From the NCBI GenBank assembly GCA_947625135.1, contig CANQNE010000011.1:370-64369 (forward strand): a DNA stretch of 64,000 nucleotides. The letters are read 5' to 3'. The translations under genes and the position numbers were made by a program. The notes below the pieces were generated by a model. The model did no database searches and was not told the DNA's origin. It saw only the letters and a list, made by a program, of their open reading frames with translations. Below are positions 35,676 to 43,890 of the stretch, in pieces. Origin of the DNA: an uncultured Lachnospiraceae bacterium (GTDB lineage Bacteria; Bacillota; Clostridia; Lachnospirales; Lachnospiraceae). How positions within the stretch are numbered: position 1 is the stretch's first letter; every line of letters begins with the position of its first letter.

Positions 35676-35704
35676 TTGAATTGTCTGTCAGAATATGGTA
35701 TAAT
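35676..35704 (+). promoter_or_regulatory. Candidate sigma-A promoter of the B12-regulated operon
   Basis: TTGAAT, 17 nt, TATAAT, with an extended -10 TG (TGGTATAAT). Confidence 0.6.
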
Positions 35705-35707
35705 AGC

Positions 35708-35900
35708 CGCAATTAAATAGGGAACAGTCAGGTGTCAGAGCAATGATTGTATGATTGGCTCTGGTGAAAAGGGAAACAGGTGTAAGTCCTGTGCGAACTC
35801 GTCACCGTAATCAAGGAGCAGAAGCTGATATATCACTGGGAAACTGGGAAGATGGCGGATGCGATGATCTTTAAGCCGGGAGACCTGCCTGATTGTTGTA
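35708..35900 (+). promoter_or_regulatory. Cobalamin (B12) riboswitch aptamer
   Basis: Hallmarks in order: AATAGGGAACAG, GGTGAAAAGGGAAAC, CGTCACCGTAA, CACTGGGAAACTGGGAAG, and the B12 box AGCCGGGAGACCTGCC (35874-35889). Confidence 0.85.
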
Positions 35901-35992
35901 CAGAAACGATTGTTTCAGACCACGAGTAACTGGTTGTACATAATGTACGGAAAATCCTGTCTGTGATTTTTCGTATGTTTCATTTGTGTGCG

Positions 35993-36030
35993 AACCCTTT
36001 ACCTGTATCGGTGAAAGGGTTTTTTGTTTT
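35993..36030 (+). terminator. Riboswitch expression-platform terminator
   Basis: AACCCTTTACC...GGTGAAAGGGT followed by TTTTTTGTTTT, about 100 nt after the B12 box and 150 nt before the first gene. Confidence 0.7.
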
Positions 36031-36181
36031 ATGGAAAACTGCGCTGTATTTCCGATGAGACGAAGACGCTGCCGGATGGAAAGGCCAAAGACACATGCCG
36101 TGTTCTGTGTTGTCTGAACGGTGTTTCTGAAATTCCTGTTTATATTATTAAAAGTAGGCAGAAATGCCGGAGGAGGAAAAC

Positions 36182-37393
36182 ATGAAGAAAAAGGCAGTAG
36201 TATTATTAACGGCAGTATTAGTGGGAACATGCTGTCTGGCAGGATGTGGAAATGAAGGGAAAACAACAAAACAGGATTCTGAAGCGACGGAGGAGACAAC
36301 GCAAAATGAGGAGATTTCCGATCAGGAAGCAGCCGATAAAGTTGCTGCGCTGATCGATGCAATCTATGTGCAGAAGCGGACTGATGAGACGGATCAGCAG
36401 TGTGCCGACGCAAAAGCGGCATGGGATGAACTGACAGACGCACAGAAAGCGCTTGTAGAAGGCGAAAATGCCGATCCGGATTATTTTGGCAGAGACACCG
36501 GCGACGCTTCTGCGGATGATGCCCGCAATCAGGATGAGATCGGGGAGAACGAAATTCTGGCAGTGAGCTTTGGTACGTCCTTTAATGACAGCCGCGCAGC
36601 GGATATAAAGGGCATTGAGGACGCCCTGCAGGCAGCTTATCCCGATTGGTCTGTAAGAAGAGCATTTACCGCGCAGATCATCATCAATCATGTACAGGCA
36701 AGAGACAGCGAAAACATAGATAATATGGATCAGGCTCTTGAACGCGCCGTTGCAAACGGCGTGAAAAATCTTGTTGTACAGCCTACACATTTGATGCACG
36801 GCGCAGAGTATGACGAGCTCATGGAAGCGATAGAAGCCTACAGGGATAAATTTGAGACTGTAAAGGTTGCGGAACCCCTCCTTGGTGAAGTGGGGACAGA
36901 TGCAACGGTTGTCAATGAGGATAAGCAGGCAGTTGCCGAGGCGATCACAGGTGAAGCGGTAAAGGATGCAGGATATGACAGTATTGAAGCGGCAAAGGAA
37001 GACGGCACTGCTTTTGTATTCATGGGCCACGGTACAGCCCATGAGGCGAAGGTTTCTTACAGTCAGATGCAGACGCAGATGACGACGCTCGGATATGAGA
37101 ACGTATTTATCGGAACCGTGGAAGGCGAGCCGGAAGAAACCTCCTGTGAATCAGTGATCGAAGCCGTTGCTGCAGCCGGTTATACAAAAGTAGTCCTTCG
37201 TCCCCTGATGGTAGTAGCCGGAGATCATGCCAACAATGACATGGCAGGGGAAGAAGAGGATTCATGGGTGAACATGTTCAAGGCTTCCGGAAAATTTGAA
37301 AGTGTTGACACACAGATTTTTGGCCTTGGAAGGATCGCGGCGGTTCAGCAGCTGTATGTGGAGCATACCCAGACGGCGATGGATCAGCAGTAG
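36182..37393 (+). CDS. Lipoprotein with a CbiK-type (anaerobic cobaltochelatase fold) domain
   Basis: ATG at 36182 after GGAGGAGG. Signal peptide plus lipobox LAGC, an acidic linker of about 110 aa, then CbiK motifs ILAVSFGTS, QPTHLMHGAEY, MGHGTAH and VVAGDHANNDMAG. Confidence 0.8.
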   Translation: MKKKAVVLLTAVLVGTCCLAGCGNEGKTTKQDSEATEETTQNEEISDQEAADKVAALIDAIYVQKRTDETDQQCADAKAAWDELTDAQKALVEGENADPDYFGRDTGDASADDARNQDEIGENEILAVSFGTSFNDSRAADIKGIEDALQAAYPDWSVRRAFTAQIIINHVQARDSENIDNMDQALERAVANGVKNLVVQPTHLMHGAEYDELMEAIEAYRDKFETVKVAEPLLGEVGTDATVVNEDKQAVAEAITGEAVKDAGYDSIEAAKEDGTAFVFMGHGTAHEAKVSYSQMQTQMTTLGYENVFIGTVEGEPEETSCESVIEAVAAAGYTKVVLRPLMVVAGDHANNDMAGEEEDSWVNMFKASGKFESVDTQIFGLGRIAAVQQLYVEHTQTAMDQQ

Positions 37394-37446
37394 ACTAAGT
37401 AAAAAATCATACTGAGCGGAAACGTTCCGGAATGGAGATTATTATG
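37352..37446 (+). promoter_or_regulatory. Conserved leader element, copy B (degenerate, overlaps the CbiK-like 3' end)
   Basis: Hairpin CTGTATG-[TGGAG]-CATAC, GATGG, AAAAAATCATACT, then ACGTTCCGGAATGGAGATTATTATG. Confidence 0.35.
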
Positions 37447-38313
37447 AAAAAAACAAGCATTGTAGTATTAGGGATTGTATGGATGGCGTGTGTGTTGTTT
37501 GCCGGTTGTTCCGGCAAAGACGACAAACCGGCGCCCGCTGAAACAGAGAGTACGGCCACGGTACAGGAGAGCGAAGAGGCAGGAGAAACGCTGCCGGACG
37601 GCGTATATACGGCAGATTTTGATACGGACAACAAGATGTTTCGCGTAAGTGAAGCCTGTGACGGTAAGGGAACAATGACAGTGGAAAACGGTGAAATGAC
37701 CATTCATATTTCTCTGACCTCTAAAAATATCGTGAATCTGTATCCCGGCCTTGCGGAGGACGCCCAGAAGGAAGGAGCGCAGCTGCTTTCTCCCACAGTA
37801 GATACCGTTACCTACAGCGACGGCCTGACAGAAGAAGTCAACGGTTATGATGTGCCGGTTCCGGCGCTGGATGAAGAGTTTGATCTGGCATTGATCGGTA
37901 CGAAGGGAAAATGGTATGACCATAAAGTGAAGGTTTCCAATCCCCAGCCTGTAAAGGAGGAACAGACGCAGTCAGAAAGCAATGTGAAATTTGAAGATGG
38001 AAACTATACCGTGGAACTTACTTTTGAAGGCGGAAGCGGGAAGGCATCTATTTTGTCTCCTGCGACGGTTTCCGTATCGGGTCAGACCGTGACTGCAGCG
38101 GTACAGTGGAACAGTCCCAATTATGATTATATGATCGTGGATGGGAAAAAATATTTGCCTGTGAACACAGAGGGGGATTCCCTTTTTGAGATTCCAGTGA
38201 CGGCTTTTGACCAGCCGATCAGTGTGATCGGGGACACGGTTGCAATGAGCAAGCCTCATGAGATCGAATATACCCTGACATTTCATTCCGATACGATGAA
38301 GCGGTCAGAATAA
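37444..38313 (+). CDS. Lipoprotein of unknown function with two related domains (B12 regulon)
   Basis: ATG at 37444. Lipobox FAGC. Two segments of about 110 aa each begin DG(V/N)YT and are beta-rich. Confidence 0.7.
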   Translation: MKKTSIVVLGIVWMACVLFAGCSGKDDKPAPAETESTATVQESEEAGETLPDGVYTADFDTDNKMFRVSEACDGKGTMTVENGEMTIHISLTSKNIVNLYPGLAEDAQKEGAQLLSPTVDTVTYSDGLTEEVNGYDVPVPALDEEFDLALIGTKGKWYDHKVKVSNPQPVKEEQTQSESNVKFEDGNYTVELTFEGGSGKASILSPATVSVSGQTVTAAVQWNSPNYDYMIVDGKKYLPVNTEGDSLFEIPVTAFDQPISVIGDTVAMSKPHEIEYTLTFHSDTMKRSE

Positions 38314-38322
38314 GAGGAAACT

Positions 38323-39489
38323 ATGAGAAGAAAAAAAGGGACGACCATAGGAATGTGTCTGCTTTTGACAGGACTGCTGGGGCTTTGGGGCTGCAGCAGT
38401 CCTTCTTCCAATTATACAGATCATTTCCAACAGGAAAACGGGGCGGCGTCTGAACTTGTCTATGAAAGCAGTATGGAGCTTCAGTATGCCGAGAATTTTG
38501 CGGTAGATTATTACGAGGGCGGCTATACCATGCTGACAACGAAGATGGACAGTAAAAAGTTTTTGCTGGTGCCGGAGGGAAAAGAAGCGCCGGAAGATCT
38601 GGAAGAGGGGATCGTGGTGCTGAAGCGCCCCATAAAGGATATCTATCTGGTGGCCTCAGCGATCATGGATATGTTCTGTGAGCTGGACGGGCTGGAACAG
38701 GTGAAGTTTTCGGGACAGCCGAAGGAAAACTGGTATATCGAAGAGGCGAAGGCCGCCATGGAGGAAGGCGGTATCTTTTACGCCGGCAAGTATAATAAGC
38801 CGGATTATGAGCTGCTTGTCTCAGAGGGCTGCACCCTTGCCATAGAAAACAGAATGGTCATGCACTCGCCGGAGGTGGTGGAAAAACTGGAGAATTTTGA
38901 AATCCCGGTGATGGTAGAGTGTTCCAGCTATGAATCCCATCCGCTGGGAAGGGTGGAATGGATCAAATTTTTCGGGGCGCTGCTGGGTCAGGAGGAAAAG
39001 GCAGAGCAGATATTTGCGGAGCAGACCGAGATTCTGGATAAAGTAACGGCGGACAGTCAGACAGGCAAGACGGTGGCATTCTTTTTTGTTACCTCCAACG
39101 GCCTGATACAGGTAAGACAATCCTCTGATTACGTACCGAAGATGATAGAGCTGGCAGGCGGCAGATATATTTTTGAAAATCTGGGAGACGCCGACACAAA
39201 GCGTTCCACTATGAATATGCAGGCGGAAGAGTTCTATAGCCAGGCGAAAGACGCGGATTTTTTAATTTATAACAGCGCCATAGACGGCGGCGTTTCAGAC
39301 ATGGAAGCGCTGTTGGAAAAATGTTCGTTTCTAAAGGATTTCAAAGCGGTCAGGGAGAACAATGTCTGGTGTACCACCAATGATATGTATCAGCAGTCTT
39401 TGTCGATCGGTTATCTGATAGAAGATATTCACAATATGCTGGCAGGCGAAAGAGAAGAGACGATGAATTATCTCTTCCGGCTGAAATAA
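38323..39489 (+). CDS. ABC transporter substrate-binding lipoprotein (BtuF/FhuD-type, class 8)
   Basis: 388 aa. Lipobox LWGC. IKDIYLVASAI...FSGQ and the overall layout fit iron-siderophore/cobalamin binding proteins. Confidence 0.8.
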   Translation: MRRKKGTTIGMCLLLTGLLGLWGCSSPSSNYTDHFQQENGAASELVYESSMELQYAENFAVDYYEGGYTMLTTKMDSKKFLLVPEGKEAPEDLEEGIVVLKRPIKDIYLVASAIMDMFCELDGLEQVKFSGQPKENWYIEEAKAAMEEGGIFYAGKYNKPDYELLVSEGCTLAIENRMVMHSPEVVEKLENFEIPVMVECSSYESHPLGRVEWIKFFGALLGQEEKAEQIFAEQTEILDKVTADSQTGKTVAFFFVTSNGLIQVRQSSDYVPKMIELAGGRYIFENLGDADTKRSTMNMQAEEFYSQAKDADFLIYNSAIDGGVSDMEALLEKCSFLKDFKAVRENNVWCTTNDMYQQSLSIGYLIEDIHNMLAGEREETMNYLFRLK

Positions 39490-39510
39490 AAGAAAGGTTT
39501 TGTGGTTTGC

Positions 39511-40533
39511 ATGGAGAAAAGCAGAACATACAGATATATAGCCGCCTTTGTTTTTCTCGGCGTCGGCGTCGTTTTATTTCTGGCGCTGAATATAGGGATC
39601 GGAAGCGTCAGGATCACAATACCAGATGTTTTGCGGATCATAACAGGGCGGAAGACTGATGAAACGGCGGCCAAGATTCTGTGGGATATCAGGCTGCCGA
39701 GAACCGCAGCGGGGATGATACTCGGCGGAGCTTTGGCGCTCAGCGGGTATCTGCTGCAGACCTTTTTTCACAATCCTATTGCGGGGCCTTTTGTGCTTGG
39801 TATTTCCTCGGGGGCGAAAATGGTGGTCGCGCTTGTTATGGTATTTCTGATGGGCAGATCCGCCAGGGTGACTTCCATGGATATGATCCTTGCGGCGTTT
39901 GTGGGTGCAATGATGTCTATGGGGTTTGTCCTGCTTTTGTCATACAGAGTACAGGGAATGTCCATGCTGGTAGTCAGCGGAGTTATGATCGGATATATCT
40001 GTTCAGCAGTTACGGAACTGGTGGTGACCTTTGCGGATGACGCGGACATTGTAAACCTGCATAACTGGTCTCTGGGCAGTTTCTCCGGAATGACATGGGA
40101 CAATGTGAAGGTGATGGCTGTTGTAGTGGCCGTTACTTTCGCGGCGGTGTTTATGATGTCAAAGCCGCTTGGCGCTTATCAGCAGGGAGAAGTGTACGCC
40201 CAGAATATGGGTGTGAATATCCGGCTTCTGCGGATCGGTCTTGTGATTCTATCCAGCGTGCTGTCGGCCTGCATTGTAGCGTTTGCAGGGCCCATTTCTT
40301 TTGTGGGGATCGCAACGCCCCATCTGGTGAAAAAGCTCCTTGGAACGGCGAAACCGCTGCTAATGATACCTGCCTGCTTTTTAGGAGGCAGTGTATTTTG
40401 CCTGTTCTGTGATCTGCTGGCCAGAACCATACTTGCCCCAACAGAATTGAGTATCAGCACTGTAACGGCAATTTTCGGCGCGCCGGTGGTGCTGTGGGTC
40501 ATGGCAAAACATAAAAAAGAGAAGGCGGCATAA
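39511..40533 (+). CDS. FecCD/BtuC-family ABC transporter permease
   Basis: About 340 aa with around 10 TM segments. Motifs LRLPRTAAGMILGGALALSG and GPISFVGIATPH. The start could be GTG 39502 instead. Confidence 0.88.
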   Translation: MEKSRTYRYIAAFVFLGVGVVLFLALNIGIGSVRITIPDVLRIITGRKTDETAAKILWDIRLPRTAAGMILGGALALSGYLLQTFFHNPIAGPFVLGISSGAKMVVALVMVFLMGRSARVTSMDMILAAFVGAMMSMGFVLLLSYRVQGMSMLVVSGVMIGYICSAVTELVVTFADDADIVNLHNWSLGSFSGMTWDNVKVMAVVVAVTFAAVFMMSKPLGAYQQGEVYAQNMGVNIRLLRIGLVILSSVLSACIVAFAGPISFVGIATPHLVKKLLGTAKPLLMIPACFLGGSVFCLFCDLLARTILAPTELSISTVTAIFGAPVVLWVMAKHKKEKAA

Positions 40534-41636
40534 TGGGATATTACTTTAAAACGAAACAGATGAGCGTGGGATATCAGGGGAAACCACTGATCCGTGATAT
40601 TGAGATTGAACTGGATAAGGGAGAGATTCTGACGTTGATCGGCCCCAACGGCGCCGGTAAGTCTACGATATTAAAGACGATTGCGAAGCAGCTGAAACTG
40701 ATCGGCGGAGTGGTATATCTGGACAAGAATGAAATGGCGCAGATGTCGGGAAAAGAGCTTTCCCGAAAGATGGCAGTGGTTTTTACGGAAAAACTGAAAG
40801 CGGAGATGATGACCTGTCAGGATGTGGCGGCGACGGGCCGTTATCCCTATACCGGGCGTTTCGGACTCCTGTCAAAGGAAGATGCCGCCGTTGTGAGAGA
40901 AGCAATGGAGCTGGTCCATGTTACGGATATCCGGGATCGGGATTTTAATAAGATCAGCGATGGGCAAAGGCAGCGGGTAATGCTTGCCAGAGCCATCTGT
41001 CAGGAGCCGGAGATCATCATTCTGGACGAGCCGACTTCCTTTCTGGATGTAAAATATAAGCTGGAATTTTTATCTGTTCTGCAGGAGCTGCGCATGAAAA
41101 AAGGGCTGACAGTCATCATGTCTATCCATGAGCTGGAACTGGCGGAGAGAGTTTCGGACAAAATCCTCTGCGTCAACGGAAAGTATGTAGAACGATTGGG
41201 AAGGCCGGAGGAGATCTTCCGGCGGGGCTATATGAAGTCCCTTTTCGGAATAGAGACGGGCAGCTTTGACGAGGAGAGCAGCAGCATGGAATTGCAGGCG
41301 GCTGCAGGAAAGCCAAAGGTATTTGTGATCGCCGGCGGCGGAACCGGAAGAACTATCTATCGGCGGCTGCAGAGACAGGGGATTTCTTTTGCGGCGGGGA
41401 TCCTTTTTGAAAATGATCAGGATTATCCCGCGGCGCGCGCTTTGGCAGCGGACGTGATAAAAGCCGAGAGCTTCGAGCCCATAACGGACGCGCTGATAAA
41501 AAAGGCAAAGGAAAAAATTGACTGCTGCGAGAGCGTGATAAGCAGTAAGAGCAGCTTCGGCACCTTTGAAAAGGCAAATGAAGAACTGCTCCGGTATGCG
41601 GCAGAAACAGGAAAAAAGGTGGAGATTCTTTCCTGA
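40533..41636 (+). CDS. ABC transporter ATP-binding protein (BtuD/FepC-like) with an extra ~116-aa C-terminal domain
   Basis: Walker A GPNGAGKST, signature ISDGQRQR, Walker B IILDEPTSFLD. The C-terminal extension starts at MELQAAAGKPKVFVIAGGGTGRT. Confidence 0.88.
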   Translation: MGYYFKTKQMSVGYQGKPLIRDIEIELDKGEILTLIGPNGAGKSTILKTIAKQLKLIGGVVYLDKNEMAQMSGKELSRKMAVVFTEKLKAEMMTCQDVAATGRYPYTGRFGLLSKEDAAVVREAMELVHVTDIRDRDFNKISDGQRQRVMLARAICQEPEIIILDEPTSFLDVKYKLEFLSVLQELRMKKGLTVIMSIHELELAERVSDKILCVNGKYVERLGRPEEIFRRGYMKSLFGIETGSFDEESSSMELQAAAGKPKVFVIAGGGTGRTIYRRLQRQGISFAAGILFENDQDYPAARALAADVIKAESFEPITDALIKKAKEKIDCCESVISSKSSFGTFEKANEELLRYAAETGKKVEILS

Positions 41637-41685
41637 AGTGCTGTATTTGACAGCGCTGCAGCGTTCCGGCGTGACGGCGGGGTCA

Positions 41686-42276
41686 TCAGGAGACGTGCAT
41701 TCCCGTGATGAAAATCTCTATTCCGATGGCGATCAGAATGACACCGCCGAGAATCTGCGCTTTATTAGACAATTTTGTTCCGAACTTTTTCCCGATCACA
41801 AGGCCTGCCATGCAGATGATAAAGGTGACGGCTGCGATGATGATACAGGCCGCCAGCGCCATGCCCCATCCGTATTCGGCTATGGTAAAACCTACAGACA
41901 ATGCGTCGATGGAGGTCGCAACGCCCTGAATAAGCAGCGTCCAGATATCAAGCCCCGTTGTTTTTTCCTTTGAATCTTTATTGCGGATGCCTTCGATCAG
42001 CATTTCTCCGCCGATCAGGGAGAGGAGTATGAGGGCGATCCACGGGATAGCCTGTTCAAATGCACGGAAGTATTGGACGATCGTATGTACGCAGATCCAC
42101 CCGATCATAGGCATGGCGAACTGGAATCCGGAAAATACGCCGGCGATCCTGTTCATTCGGCTCTTTTTCATGGTCGGATCGTGGAGGCCGTTGGCCATGG
42201 ATACCGAAAAGGCATCCATAGCAAGTCCCACACCGAGTAATATGCTGTTCAGAATAAACATAAAATTCCATTCCAT
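41686..42276 (-). CDS. mntP: Manganese efflux pump MntP
   Basis: 196 aa with six TM segments. Duplicated motifs LAMDAFSVSMA and TSIDALSVGFT. Confidence 0.85.
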   Translation of the reverse strand: MEWNFMFILNSILLGVGLAMDAFSVSMANGLHDPTMKKSRMNRIAGVFSGFQFAMPMIGWICVHTIVQYFRAFEQAIPWIALILLSLIGGEMLIEGIRNKDSKEKTTGLDIWTLLIQGVATSIDALSVGFTIAEYGWGMALAACIIIAAVTFIICMAGLVIGKKFGTKLSNKAQILGGVILIAIGIEIFITGMHVS

Positions 42277-42383
42277 CTTTGTCTCTCCCTGTTAAAGGAA
42301 TCCAGGAGAAAATTGACGATTCCTGCGGCGACCCGAAATCTGTAACTGTTTAAAGATAATCCGGGCCGCCCTTTGTACATATT

Positions 42384-43592
42384 TTAAAAATTCTTCCTCA
42401 TAGCCAGTAACCGGTCAAACAACACCGCCGACGCATCCTCTTTGCTCATCAGTCCGAGATGTTCTTCCCCATCCTTTGTGATCAGCGTGATCACATTGGT
42501 ATCTGTGCCGAAGCCTGCGCCTGCGGTTTTGATATTATTGGCAGCGATCATATCCAGATTCTTTTTCTGCAGCTTTTCTTTTGCCCATTCTTCCAGCCGG
42601 CTTGTTTCCATGGCAAAGCCGCATAAGAGCTGTCCTTTCTCTTTGTGATCTCCCAGATACTGCAGGGTGTCCTCCGTCCGCTCCAGCATGAGCGTCAGCT
42701 GGTCGTCGGATTTTTTTAATTTTTCAGGCGCGATCATGGCCGGACGGTAATCCGCCACTGCCGCCGCCTTTACGATGATATCCTGTCGGTTGCTGACAGC
42801 GGTCACTGCGTCAAACATTTCCTTTGCGCTTGTGACAGGCACTACCTGCACAAAGGGCGGCGGAGCCAGATCAGTGGGCCCGGTGACCAGCGTTACGTCT
42901 GCTCCCCGCAGCATGGCGTTTCTGGCAAGGGCATAGCCCATTTTGCCGGTAGAATGATTGGAAAGGAACCGGACAGGATCCATAGCCTCCACTGTGGGAC
43001 CTGCGGTTACCAGTACCTTCAGGCCTTTCATATCTTTTTCCAATGCGATCTCCCGCAAAATACAGGCAAGGAGCAGTTCTTCCCCGGGCAGCTTGCCTTT
43101 TCCCACATCCCCGCAGGCAAGGGCTCCCGTTTCCGGCTGCACGATCTCAAAACCATATCCCTCCAGACGCCGGATATTATCCTGTGTAACCGGATTTTCC
43201 AGCATCCTTGTATTCATAGAAGGCGCCGCGATTTTTTTGCAGGTGCAGGCAAGCACCGTGGTGGTGAGCATATCGTCCGCCAGCCCGTTTGCCAGTTTGG
43301 CGATCACATTTGCGGTGGCCGGCGCGATCATCACGACATCCGCCCGCTTTGCCAGTTCCACATGTTCCACCTGAAATTGAAAATTCCGATCAAAGGTATC
43401 AAGCAGACATCGATTTCCGGTCAGTGTCTCAAAGGTAATCGGATTGATGAAATTGACGGCGTTTTCGGTCATGATCACATGTACATCCGCATGGAGTTTT
43501 ACAAGCATGCTGGCAAGATTTGCGATCTTATATGCTGCGATCCCGCCGGAGACGCCCAGTATGACGGTTTTATTTTTTAACACAAATTTCAC
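42384..43592 (-). CDS. coaBC: Bifunctional phosphopantothenoylcysteine decarboxylase / phosphopantothenate-cysteine ligase
   Basis: 402 aa. Flavoprotein N-terminus ILGVSGGIAAYK, PATANVIAK, and C-terminal VTAGPT...SNHSTGKMG. Confidence 0.92.
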   Translation of the reverse strand: MKFVLKNKTVILGVSGGIAAYKIANLASMLVKLHADVHVIMTENAVNFINPITFETLTGNRCLLDTFDRNFQFQVEHVELAKRADVVMIAPATANVIAKLANGLADDMLTTTVLACTCKKIAAPSMNTRMLENPVTQDNIRRLEGYGFEIVQPETGALACGDVGKGKLPGEELLLACILREIALEKDMKGLKVLVTAGPTVEAMDPVRFLSNHSTGKMGYALARNAMLRGADVTLVTGPTDLAPPPFVQVVPVTSAKEMFDAVTAVSNRQDIIVKAAAVADYRPAMIAPEKLKKSDDQLTLMLERTEDTLQYLGDHKEKGQLLCGFAMETSRLEEWAKEKLQKKNLDMIAANNIKTAGAGFGTDTNVITLITKDGEEHLGLMSKEDASAVLFDRLLAMRKNF

Positions 43593-43788
43593 CTCAGTTT
43601 CTCTCGGTACTTCGTTGTCCCCTATTATACGCTTTTGTCGTTTTTTCTGTCAAGAGCAGGCGGATTCCCCTTGTGTTTCTCAAAGGTTCATGCTATAGTT
43701 TTAACAGATTTCAAGAACTGTGCTGCGGAAGATAAAAACGGAAGTGGCAAGATGGAAAAATCGCACTGATACGCCGATTTTTCAATAG

Positions 43789-43890
43789 GGGATATTTGTG
43801 CCGGAGCGTCACAGATATCCCTGATGGCAGACGTAAACGGGAGGTTTGCGCGCCCATTCTGTAAAACGCTCCGGAATGGAGACAAAAATG
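43789..43890 (+). promoter_or_regulatory. Conserved structured leader element, copy C (upstream of coaX)
   Basis: Hairpin GGGATATTTGTG-[CCGGAGCGT]-CACAGATATCCC, then TGATGGCAGACG, then ACGCTCCGGAATGGAGACAAAAATG. Confidence 0.45.

Noticed and set aside
35871-36443. A 190-aa minus-strand ORF spanning the riboswitch platform and the start of the CbiK-like gene.
   Set aside because: It overlaps a well-supported cobalamin riboswitch, its terminator and the SD-led + strand lipoprotein gene. The translation is low-complexity and Pro/Ser/Leu-rich.
42277-42383. A possible yybP-ykoY Mn2+ riboswitch in the 107-nt leader of mntP, its most common genomic context.
   Set aside because: The minus-strand RNA has a GCGGCCCG/CGGGUCGC stem, a CGUCAAUU segment and possible AAAGG/CCUUU closing pairs. 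I could not find the conserved GGGGAGUAG-type loop or a convincing four-helix layout. A cmsearch with the Rfam yybP-ykoY model would settle it.
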